A DNA stretch of 64,000 nucleotides from an uncultured Rhodohalobacter sp. (GTDB lineage Bacteria; Bacteroidota; Rhodothermia; Balneolales; Balneolaceae), in NCBI GenBank assembly GCA_964644975.1, contig CAZXYQ010000002.1, positions 5,570 to 69,569 of the forward strand, in the 5' to 3' direction. Position numbers and translations under genes: made by a program. Shown here piece by piece: positions 39,037-47,656 of this stretch. The notes beneath the pieces were generated by a model. The model was not told the origin of the DNA, did no database searches, and was given only the letters and a program-made list of their open reading frames with translations. Each line of letters starts with the position of its first letter. Positions within the stretch are counted from its first letter, which is position 1.

Positions 39037-39227
39037 GAATTGTGGGTTCCTATACTTTCGACGGTATTTGATCAGCACCGACAGCGCACAGGTCCCCGGC
39101 TGACGAGTGGAGATTCTCAATACTTCAGGCATACCCGGGAATACTCGTCTGTTGGATTGATTTAGGGAAAACTGTGGAATTGTTGGGTTCCAATACATTC
39201 GACGGGGCCGGATTAGCACCAGCAGGG
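39037..39227. repeat. Two ~50-bp imperfect direct repeats (39037-39086, 39177-39227) in a hairpin-rich spacer
   Basis: GAATTG-TGGGTTCCTATACTTTCGACGG.....GATCAGCACC versus GAATTGTTGGGTTCCAATACATTCGACGG.....GATTAGCACC; 39/51 identical by hand. Confidence 0.7.
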
Positions 39228-39340
39228 TGTAACCGTCCGGATAAAAAATAACTAATCCTCAAAACCTTGTGAAATCCTATAGTCTTTTCTTTTTCCGATA
39301 TTCAAATATTTGCATTTATACTAACCCGGATTATTCATCA

Positions 39341-39361
39341 AGCCCCGAAAGCGTTCGGGCT
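39341..39361. repeat. REP-like palindrome / possible terminator at the kinase stop
   Basis: AGCCCCGAAAGCGTTCGGGCT; a related motif AAGCTTTCGGGGCT occurs at 25307-25320. Confidence 0.55.
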
Positions 39362-41366
39362 AAATAACAGTTCTCTTTTTTTTCCAAACCGGGGGCAATG
39401 AGATTTCTGGTTGATGAGCCGGAAGCTCAACATAAAACACCGACCCAACACCGACTTCACTTTCACACCAGACGTTTCCTCCCATTGATTCGGTGATCTT
39501 CTTCACGATAAAGAGGCCCAATCCGGAAGATGACTCAGCTCCTGTGGGCTTATTTGAGAGTTTAGAAAATTTACCAAATAGCTTCTTCTGATCCGCTACG
39601 CTGATGCCGGGACCCTGGTCGCTCACTGAAACCTGTACACTGCCACCCTTCAACCTGGTTGATACAAGTATTGTTGTACCTGAGGGTGAGTATTTAATGG
39701 CATTAGAAATAAGGTTATCAAAGATTCGTAATACATTATCTGATTCGCCCGTAAGTACCGTTTTCTCCTCACTGAGTGACGTTTTCAGTAAAATCCCCTT
39801 GCTTTCAGCTGGGTGATTAAAGTGTCTGGCTGCCTCTAGTACAAGCTGGTTGGCATTTAACTTTTGAACAGGAACAGTGCTTGACTGATCAGATATGGTT
39901 TGAATATCGAGCAGACTGTTAATCAGCTTTAACATTCGCTTAGATGAAATCATGATCAGTTCGGTGTATTCCCGAAGCGTATTTTTATCTATTCCGGAAT
40001 TGTCATTAATAAGATCAACAGCCATATTTATTGAGGAAAGAGGATTGCGGAGATCATGGGCCGCAATACTTAAAAACTCATCTTTTTCTCTGTTCAGCTT
40101 GTAAAGGCTTTTGTTCTGTTCTTCAATTTCAATTCGGCTCTCTTTCAGTTGGAGATTATTTTTCTTTTTTTGCACATTTGCCCGGTAAAGGAGACCAACA
40201 ATTACCAAAAGGAGAAACACTCCGAAGATCAGAAAGCTTCTGAACTGCTGTTGCTGACCAAATTTTGCCAGCTGAAGAGCCGCTTCTTTGTTTAAAATCT
40301 CAATTTCACGATCTCTTTGCTCAACATCAAAGCGAGACTGTAAGGCATCAATTCGTTCACCACGCTGCATGGTTTGCAGGGTATCACTCATTTGATGAAA
40401 TAGTCTATACTGTTGAAATGCCATATCTACGTTACCAAGCGCTTCATGTATTTCTGAAATAAGAAGATGTGCGTCCCGGATCATATCCCGATATCCTTCC
40501 TTAACTGCATTTTCTAATGCTAGATTCGCAAATTGAAGAGCCTTGTTGTACTGTCCGATATCTTTATAAAGCTTCCCAAAAACAGTATCTATTATGATTA
40601 GGTGAGAAAGATAGTTGTGCTTTTCGATATATTCTCTGGCAACGTTAAGATGTATCTTTGCTCTTTGATAGTCTCCTTTATTACGATATGTACTTCCAAT
40701 ATTTAAAGTGGAAATAATATAGAGAACACTATCGGGTTCTTCTCTTTTTAATGATTGATTAGCTATCTCCCAAAAGAGATCGAGTGCACGATCATAATTA
40801 CCCTGTCTGCGATGGATCACTCCAAGATTATTGGTGGCCGTTAAAGCTTGTTCCTCCTCTTTAATTGAATTCCAAACTTCAATACTTTTCTCCAGGTACG
40901 ATATTCCTTCATCATATTTTTCCTGTTCTACAAATATTTGCGCGAGGTTGTTCAAAATCTGCGCTTTTGCACTATAATTACCAAGTCTCTCCTCGATTTC
41001 CATTGCTTTAAGATAGTGGAGGTGAGCCATTTCATGATCCCCAAAGTCGAGATATTTAATCCCCATTAGGTTAAAAGCAGATGAAGCTCCCTGTTCGTAA
41101 TAGATGTCTTCTGCAATGGTAAGCGCCTGACGGGCCGCGTTAAACGATAAACCTCCATCTCTGTCTCTTTCTCTGGAGCTTATATGTAATAGACTGTCAA
41201 CAGAAGCTTTCGTTTTTGGAATCTGCTCAAACTCCCCCTGTGTATTATCGTATAAAAAGTAGGACTGCTCAGATTGTTTATCGTGAAGAAGTGACTCATC
41301 CTGCAAAACCGTTGAGACGGTATCTCCTAACGTGAAAGCAAATAAAAATGCGAATATTAATTCCAC
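39360..41366 (-). CDS. TPR-containing membrane sensor histidine kinase
   Basis: Periplasmic TPRs (NNLGVIHRRQGNYDRAL), TM segment, H-box AAHDLRNPL, NLISNAIKYS, DQGPGI, GLGLFIVK; GTG start. Confidence 0.92.
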   Translation of the reverse strand: MELIFAFLFAFTLGDTVSTVLQDESLLHDKQSEQSYFLYDNTQGEFEQIPKTKASVDSLLHISSRERDRDGGLSFNAARQALTIAEDIYYEQGASSAFNLMGIKYLDFGDHEMAHLHYLKAMEIEERLGNYSAKAQILNNLAQIFVEQEKYDEGISYLEKSIEVWNSIKEEEQALTATNNLGVIHRRQGNYDRALDLFWEIANQSLKREEPDSVLYIISTLNIGSTYRNKGDYQRAKIHLNVAREYIEKHNYLSHLIIIDTVFGKLYKDIGQYNKALQFANLALENAVKEGYRDMIRDAHLLISEIHEALGNVDMAFQQYRLFHQMSDTLQTMQRGERIDALQSRFDVEQRDREIEILNKEAALQLAKFGQQQQFRSFLIFGVFLLLVIVGLLYRANVQKKKNNLQLKESRIEIEEQNKSLYKLNREKDEFLSIAAHDLRNPLSSINMAVDLINDNSGIDKNTLREYTELIMISSKRMLKLINSLLDIQTISDQSSTVPVQKLNANQLVLEAARHFNHPAESKGILLKTSLSEEKTVLTGESDNVLRIFDNLISNAIKYSPSGTTILVSTRLKGGSVQVSVSDQGPGISVADQKKLFGKFSKLSNKPTGAESSSGLGLFIVKKITESMGGNVWCESEVGVGSVFYVELPAHQPEISLPPVWKKKRTVI

Positions 41367-42002
41367 GTGCTTTAAATAAATAGTTTGTATTGATGTTTAG
41401 AGACTGTTTTCGGCAAATTATGGTGTCACATAAGTGTTATGCAGTAAATAATTAGAAAATTCTAATAAATTTATTAAATCTTAATACATACCAAAGCCTT
41501 ATTTATATGGTAATGTTCACGAATAATCAGTATTACCTGCATGGTTTAAGCTTCAGATATTGACTTTTTATGACTTATGAAAATTTAGAAGCGCAGAAAT
41601 ACATTTGGTAACTGTCTTTTTTCCCGGAGCGTTAGAATTAATAATATTATTTATTGTGCAATAGAATTCTGGTTATATTATTGAGTGCTTAAAGAAATTT
41701 TTTGAAAAGCTATATAATGTTGTTATCGAATAGGATAGGTCTTTTGTATAGTAATTTTAAAAGTATAATTCAGGCCACGTATCTTAGTCTCTACAAATTA
41801 AACCGGTTAGTTAGAAATAGAGAGCAGATTTATTTTATCGAACACAAAAATATAAACGTAGAAATATTATCCTATAATTTAGGACACTGTAATGTTACAT
41901 AATTATTGAAAATTCTGTATTTCAATTCAGTAACTCTTTTTTTATTAGGAAAAATTAATATTTGTGGTTTTCATATACATAGAACAACACAGTTAACCAA
42001 CA

Positions 42003-42500
42003 GGATTTAACCAGAGTGTCCTGAAAATAAAGAGTAAATCTTTAGACAGGCTTTTTGTGGGAAAAGAGTCTCAAATATCCTGATACTGGTTAATTTAACT
42101 ACAGACGAGCAGGCAGATAGCCTTGAGGAGTTGAATGGATCTGTCGGTATATGTTAGAAAATACAAGTAATATTAGTGACTGCTGATAGAAACGCAGCAA
42201 CGGCTGATGAACTCTGGTTCAGGTGTACGTATTATAAAATATTCTGAAAGATCTGCGACAAATAGCTTATTCGGCCGGAATAGCCGATGATACAGGCATT
42301 GAAACTTACATAAATAAAGGGAATGGCCTACTTCAGTTTGAGACAGTCGTTATCAGCCCGATGTTTCCTATCGCTTCAAAGGTCGTGCTGAAATGATCTC
42401 TTTGTCTGAAAATGATGAATTTGCAAACAGACGATAGATTAGCAAGCCATCAAACGGCAACGGTTATAAAAATGGGGTCCATTATAGGGATTAAATTGCG
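42003..42500 (+). pseudogene. Heavily decayed NarL/LuxR-type response regulator remnant
   Basis: Broken frames give NILILVNL...KIQVILVTAD (receiver-like), ...VVISP...KVVLK/MISLSENDEFANRR*IS/HQTATVIK..SII..KL (LuxR HTH-like); multiple stops and frameshifts; boundaries approximate. Confidence 0.4.
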
Positions 42501-42924
42501 GGGTGAACGAACAACCGGTAGAGTAAGGACTACAAAGTTGTCTCCCGTGCAACGTTATACAGGACATCGATTCGCTCATCCTTTGTAGTCTGCTGGCTGA
42601 CAGCAAATGCTTTTATTCAATCAATACTATTCATTTAGACCTATCAACTCAATTCATTAACCTTGATAGGGCCGGTTAGCTTCCAACCGGTTTGAAGTTA
42701 ATTCGCCGGGCTGTTTGTACAATTAAATTTGTATCATATTTTAATTTAGTTATTCCGGTTACCATTCGCTTCTCAGCCGTTATTTCTTAACTTAGATTTT
42801 AAGTTAAAAACTGTCTCAATATATAAGAAAAGCGCTACCATACCAGTTTTGTTTATTATATCTTTGATTTCTGAAATCGGTTTATCAAACAACAATCATC
42901 AATAAATATTTAGAACGGATTGCT

Positions 42925-43638
42925 ATGGAACGCACATTGCACAGTTGGAAAAGCCCTAGTCTTGGAAAAAAAATGGATCTGTTAGCATTTGGAAATTCAG
43001 GTACGCCAGTCATAATATTCCCATCTGAAGAGGGTTCTCTCACCGAGTGGGAAGATACAGGTATGATGGAATCCTTAAGTGAGCAGATAAACGAAGGGTA
43101 TAATCAATTTTTTTGTGTGGATTCGATTGCTAATGAAAGTCTGCTAAATAGAGAAGCTGAGCCGCGATTACGAATCAGGCGGCAGAATTCATATGAACGA
43201 TACATTATTGATGAAGTTATTCCTTTTGTCAGAGAACAGAATAGCAATCCTTACATAATTTTCTCCGGAGCCTTTCTTGGAGCTTATCATGCTTTACTAT
43301 TTGCACTGAAACATCCCGGAAAAATCAGTAAAGTGATTGGAATCAGCGGCACTTATGATATTAAACCTTACCTGGATGATTTTTATGACGACAGCGTATA
43401 CTATAATAATCCGTTAGATTTTCTTCCAAATTTAAACGACCGTAATACCCTGAAAATAATATCGGAAATTGACTTCAGACTTTTATCCTACCTTAATGAT
43501 CCGCTGAGGGATGTTTCTGAAAAAATGAGTGACACATTATGGTTAAAGAATATAGACCACAATTTTTATATTTGGGATGAAAAAGTATCAGACCCATGGA
43601 ATCTTGTAGATTCTATGTTTAAGGAACATCTATATTAA
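42925..43638 (+). CDS. Alpha/beta-hydrolase (esterase-like) protein lacking canonical catalytic residues
   Basis: WKSPSLGKKM..FG..G.PVIIFP and YERYIIDEVIP match the putative-esterase family; the nucleophile elbow reads GAFLG. Confidence 0.8.
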   Translation: MERTLHSWKSPSLGKKMDLLAFGNSGTPVIIFPSEEGSLTEWEDTGMMESLSEQINEGYNQFFCVDSIANESLLNREAEPRLRIRRQNSYERYIIDEVIPFVREQNSNPYIIFSGAFLGAYHALLFALKHPGKISKVIGISGTYDIKPYLDDFYDDSVYYNNPLDFLPNLNDRNTLKIISEIDFRLLSYLNDPLRDVSEKMSDTLWLKNIDHNFYIWDEKVSDPWNLVDSMFKEHLY

Positions 43639-43647
43639 ACGTATTAC

Positions 43648-45168
43648 ATGACTCAGACAATCAAAAAGGTACTTGTTGCCAACCGTGGCGAAATTGCTCT
43701 TCGCATTATGCGCACATGCAGCGAGATGGGTATAAAAACAGTGGCTATCTATTCAACTCCTGATGCCTCTGTACCGCATGTTCAGTTCGCTGATCAATCG
43801 GTTTGGGTAGGCGAGGCCTCATCGGCTGAAAGCTATCTGGACATGGATAAAGTGATTGATGCGGCGAAACATACCGGTGCGGACGCAATTCATCCCGGCT
43901 ACGGTTTTTTAAGTGAAAACGGAGAGTTTTCCAACCGGTGTAAAGACGAAGGAATCATCTTTATTGGACCTAGTGCAGAATCGATGCGGCTGATGGGTGA
44001 TAAAACCGCCGCAAGGGATTTGATGGGCAAAGCTGGTGTTCCCTGCCCGCCCGGCACAAAAGATGCCATGGAAGATGTGGAAGTTGCTTTGTCTGTAGCC
44101 CGGAATGTCGGTTTTCCCGTGTTGGTTAAGGCCGCTGCAGGCGGCGGTGGAAAGGGGATGCGTATTGTCCATAAAGAGAGTGATTTTGCATCCAGCGTAA
44201 AAGCCGCTCAGTCTGAGGCAAAAAATGCATTTGGTGACGACCGTGTTTATATAGAGAAATATCTTGAAGAACCGCGCCACATTGAGTTTCAAATTCTGGC
44301 TGACCGGGATGGCAATACGGTGCATCTGTTCGAGCGGGAGTGTTCGATTCAAAGGCGCCATCAAAAAGTTATAGAAGAAGCTCCGAGTTCATTGTTGAGC
44401 AGTGATTTAAGATCACAAATGGCCGATGCTGCTGTTCGGGCAGCTAAGGCGTGTAATTACGAGGGTGCAGGCACCATTGAGTTCCTGGTCGATAAACATC
44501 AAAAGTTCTATTTCCTGGAAATGAATACAAGGCTTCAGGTTGAACACCCGGTCACAGAGATGATTACCGGCATAGATATCGTGGAAGCCCAGATTAAAGT
44601 AGCGCAGGGTGAACCGCTGCCGTTTAGCCAGGAGGAAATCAAAAAGAACGGACATGCCATAGAGTGCCGGGTTTATGCTGAAGACCCCACCGATAATTTC
44701 CTGCCCAGTACCGGTAAATTATCACGCCACAGAATTCCTGCTGGATCAGGTGTAAGGGTGGATTCGGGCGTTGAAGAGGGCGGTGAAGTAACCATCAATT
44801 ACGACCCGATGATATCGAAACTTTCTGTTCATGCACCTACCCGTAAGAAAGCAATCAACAAAATGCTGAGAGCGCTGAAGGAGTATGAAATCAGCGGATG
44901 CAGAACCACAATTCCATTTTGCGCTTTTACACTCAGACACAACTCATTTATAAACGGCACGTATGATACCCATTTTGTAAAAGATCATTACGAACCTGTT
45001 AAAAACGCCCTCTTTGAAAAAGAGAACAGCATTGACGCTCTGGCCGTCAGCCTGGTCGCTACCCTTCAGGGAAATGCAGGCTCTGCCAAAGAGAATAGCG
45101 AGAGCCAAAGCTCATCTTCAACTACTTTAAAACAATCCAGCTGGTGGGCATCCAGACGTAAGAACTGA
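43648..45168 (+). CDS. accC: Biotin carboxylase subunit of an acyl-CoA carboxylase
   Basis: LVANRGEIA, IHPGYGFLSEN, KAAAGGGGKGMR, ERECSIQRRHQK, EMNTRLQVEHPVTE; no biotinyl domain. Confidence 0.92.
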   Translation: MTQTIKKVLVANRGEIALRIMRTCSEMGIKTVAIYSTPDASVPHVQFADQSVWVGEASSAESYLDMDKVIDAAKHTGADAIHPGYGFLSENGEFSNRCKDEGIIFIGPSAESMRLMGDKTAARDLMGKAGVPCPPGTKDAMEDVEVALSVARNVGFPVLVKAAAGGGGKGMRIVHKESDFASSVKAAQSEAKNAFGDDRVYIEKYLEEPRHIEFQILADRDGNTVHLFERECSIQRRHQKVIEEAPSSLLSSDLRSQMADAAVRAAKACNYEGAGTIEFLVDKHQKFYFLEMNTRLQVEHPVTEMITGIDIVEAQIKVAQGEPLPFSQEEIKKNGHAIECRVYAEDPTDNFLPSTGKLSRHRIPAGSGVRVDSGVEEGGEVTINYDPMISKLSVHAPTRKKAINKMLRALKEYEISGCRTTIPFCAFTLRHNSFINGTYDTHFVKDHYEPVKNALFEKENSIDALAVSLVATLQGNAGSAKENSESQSSSSTTLKQSSWWASRRKN

Positions 45169-45175
45169 TTATTGT

Positions 45176-46096
45176 ATGAACAAATCTAACCGAGCTCTTT
45201 TTGAACAGCTAAGTACTCTTCTTACCGAACAGAGAAATCCAGATACAATGATGATCGATATGGCGAGCAGCTATGAGATTGTCAAAGCAATTAATGATGA
45301 TGATAAAACGGTTGCCGAAAAAATTGAAAGCAGACTGCCGGTAATAGCTGAAGCGGTTGAAACGATCGCCTCAAAAATTAAAGAAGGAGGCAGGTTGCTC
45401 TATTTTGGAGCAGGAACAAGTGGCAGGCTCGGAGTGCTGGATGCAGCCGAATGTCCGCCTACGTTCGGCACGGATTCAGAAATTATACAGGGATTTATAG
45501 CCGGTGGTAAAGAGGCGATGTATTCGGCACAAGAGGGTGCAGAAGATAGCGTGAAAGAAGGGCGTAGCGAAATTGAGCGGCTTTCAGTAACGGATAAGGA
45601 TGTGGTAGTGGGGTTAGCCGCAAGCGGCCGAACTCCATACGTCCACGGGACTATAATGGAAGGGAAAGAGAGAGGGGCTATTACAATTTTTATAACAACA
45701 GTATCAGCTGAACAGGTTGCAATAGCAGATGAAGTTGACTACATGATTGATGTACCGGTTGGCCCTGAAGTAATTATGGGCAGCACGCGGATGAAAAGCG
45801 GAACGGCTCAAAAACTGATTTTAAACATGTTGAGTACCGGGGCTATGATACGACTCGGTAAAGTATATGAAAATGTGATGGTTGATCTGCAATTAAGTAA
45901 TAAAAAATTAGAAGAAAGAGCCAAGAGAATCGTTATGATGCTGACCGACTGCACTTATGAAACGGCTGAATCCGTTTTGCATGAAGCAGACGGACATGTT
46001 AAAACTGCGATGGTAATGATCTTAACGAACAGTACCGCTCGCGAAGCAAGAAATAGGCTGGAAAATAACAACGGTTTTGTCCGTGCATCTATCTGA
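45176..46096 (+). CDS. murQ: N-acetylmuramic acid 6-phosphate etherase
   Basis: TEQRNP, GAGTSGRLGVLDAAECPPTFG, GAEDS, GPEVIMGSTRMKSGTAQKL. Confidence 0.97.
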   Translation: MNKSNRALFEQLSTLLTEQRNPDTMMIDMASSYEIVKAINDDDKTVAEKIESRLPVIAEAVETIASKIKEGGRLLYFGAGTSGRLGVLDAAECPPTFGTDSEIIQGFIAGGKEAMYSAQEGAEDSVKEGRSEIERLSVTDKDVVVGLAASGRTPYVHGTIMEGKERGAITIFITTVSAEQVAIADEVDYMIDVPVGPEVIMGSTRMKSGTAQKLILNMLSTGAMIRLGKVYENVMVDLQLSNKKLEERAKRIVMMLTDCTYETAESVLHEADGHVKTAMVMILTNSTAREARNRLENNNGFVRASI

Positions 46097-46391
46097 GTCT
46101 GTTTATTTTCTGTTTCAGGCGTGAATAACTCAGACCATAATTAAAAATTCTTTTCTGTTTAGCTAACGCATATTTGCAGGTTCATATGTTTTAATTCATA
46201 TCGTTTGTACTCTCCCTCATTTATTCATAAAAGATATTAAATGCCTTCTTAACTCCCTTTTAAATACCCCGGATTAAGTAGCATTTGCTCACTTACTCGC
46301 AAATATTCAGGTGGAAGTTCAGTATCTTTAATGAATAGAAAAAAATAGACATTGTTAACCGTTATCTCATTTCAATTAAGAAAATTTAGAG

Positions 46392-47069
46392 TTGTCATAC
46401 TTTTTCAAGAATAATCGAATATCAGAATCAGGGTACGTTTTGCGCTTCTTAACGGCTGTTCTCACCGTTCAGATCCTGTTACTATTACTGATTAAATTCT
46501 GGCCTGAAACAGTCTACGAGCCCGAAGTGTTTTATGTTGATTCGCCCCGGGAGCAGGTTCTGATTGATGAAATTCAGATTACCCAGCAACGGTCATCTCC
46601 GCCGCCGCCTCCAAGGCCACAAGTTCCGCAACCGGTTCCTTCTGACGAAATTATAGAAATTGAGATTGAAATAGATATCGATCTCGACGTGCCGGACCTG
46701 CCTGACCTGGATCCCGGTACAGGAACAGCAATGGATGGTGAAGAGAGCAGTATTGTTTCAAATCCTCAAATTCCGCCAACCGTGGTGCGTATTGTTGAGG
46801 CAAGTACACCAGAGGGAGTTCCCAGTGAACTTAGGGGAAATATTGAGATGATTGTAAACTTCCTGGTTGATGAAAACGGCACGGTTGAGGAAGCAGCAAT
46901 CGTTGAAATTCGCAAATACTCGAACGGCGATGAGTATGAGGTGCTGCCGTTTATTGAACACGGGCTGATGGATGCAGTACTCCGGGCTGCACTGCAGTGG
47001 CGATTTCGACCGGCCCGCCAGGATGGTGAAAACGTAAAAGCATATACCCGCCAGAGGTTTAATTATTGA
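46392..47069 (+). CDS. TonB-like energy transducer
   Basis: N-terminal TM, Pro-rich linker (SPPPPPRPQVPQP), C-terminal FLVDENGTV...WRFRPARQDG; TTG start uncertain. Confidence 0.8.
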   Translation: MSYFFKNNRISESGYVLRFLTAVLTVQILLLLLIKFWPETVYEPEVFYVDSPREQVLIDEIQITQQRSSPPPPPRPQVPQPVPSDEIIEIEIEIDIDLDVPDLPDLDPGTGTAMDGEESSIVSNPQIPPTVVRIVEASTPEGVPSELRGNIEMIVNFLVDENGTVEEAAIVEIRKYSNGDEYEVLPFIEHGLMDAVLRAALQWRFRPARQDGENVKAYTRQRFNY

Positions 47070-47258
47070 TCTCGATCCGATAAAACAAGTATAGTAGTAA
47101 GAGCCCTTCACCCCGCAAGGGATATCCTGGCCAAAAAAGAGGGATTAAGGGGGATGATAACCCAGCACGTCTGCTAATTTATTGAACAGCCCACTTTACA
47201 TATCGGGCAGACAACGGTGTATAATGTGATATCAATTGTAATTTCTATGAAGAGAATA

Positions 47259-47414
47259 TTTACAACAAACTGATACCTTTTGGAAATATCTCTCCCGAAC
47301 GGTGAACTTTGAATTGAATAGTTCCGGACGGGACGGCAGATTTTATAGCCTCCGGTTTTAACCGGAGGATTGAGTTGAGCGAGGTTCTCAAACCATCGGG
47401 ACAGATGTTGTAAA
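47259..47414. repeat. Long foldback REP/BIME-like element
   Basis: TTTACAACA/TGTTGTAAA and ATCTCTCCCGA/TCGGGACAGAT arms enclose the perfect palindrome CCTCCGGTT-TT-AACCGGAGG (47349-47368). Confidence 0.6.
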
Positions 47415-47579
47415 GGTAAGTGAGTATTATCCGATGATGGTTCACGGAATCAGATACCAGACTCCACCAGTCAAGTCGAACCCTTTCAAAAAAACTGTGG
47501 GGATGCGAATCCCTCATTTTAGATTAACATGTTAGCTTAGCCAATTGGGTACGGTAAATGTTGTTTTATTCGAAGACGG

Positions 47580-47606
47580 GAGATCGCGGATCACGGTCCG
47601 TGACGA
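47580..47606. repeat. REP-like hairpin
   Basis: GAGA-TCGCGGA-TCACGG-TCCGTGA-CGAC, similar to the widespread GATCCCGGATCAAGTCCGGGATGAC-type palindromes. Confidence 0.5.
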
Positions 47607-47656
47607 CACATTTCAATACAAACGAAAAGATGCTATTTCTAAAAGCAGACTGTTTC

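Noticed and set aside
38917-39219. 100-aa minus-strand ORF with repeated peptide
   Set aside because: The peptide repetition simply reflects the DNA repeat; it has a non-ATG start and no recognisable motif.
39037-39227. CRISPR array
   Set aside because: Only two ~50-bp degenerate repeats with a ~90-bp spacer, and no cas genes in the window.
41993-42600. Large structured RNA (TTAACCA/TGGTTAA, GGCTGATGAAC/GTTATCAGCC, GACTACAAAG/CTTTGTAGTC stems)
   Set aside because: The stems are scattered and the region is better explained as a decayed response-regulator gene; not fully excluded.
47260-47517. 85-aa minus-strand ORF
   Set aside because: It coincides with palindromic REP-like DNA and is probably a chance open frame.
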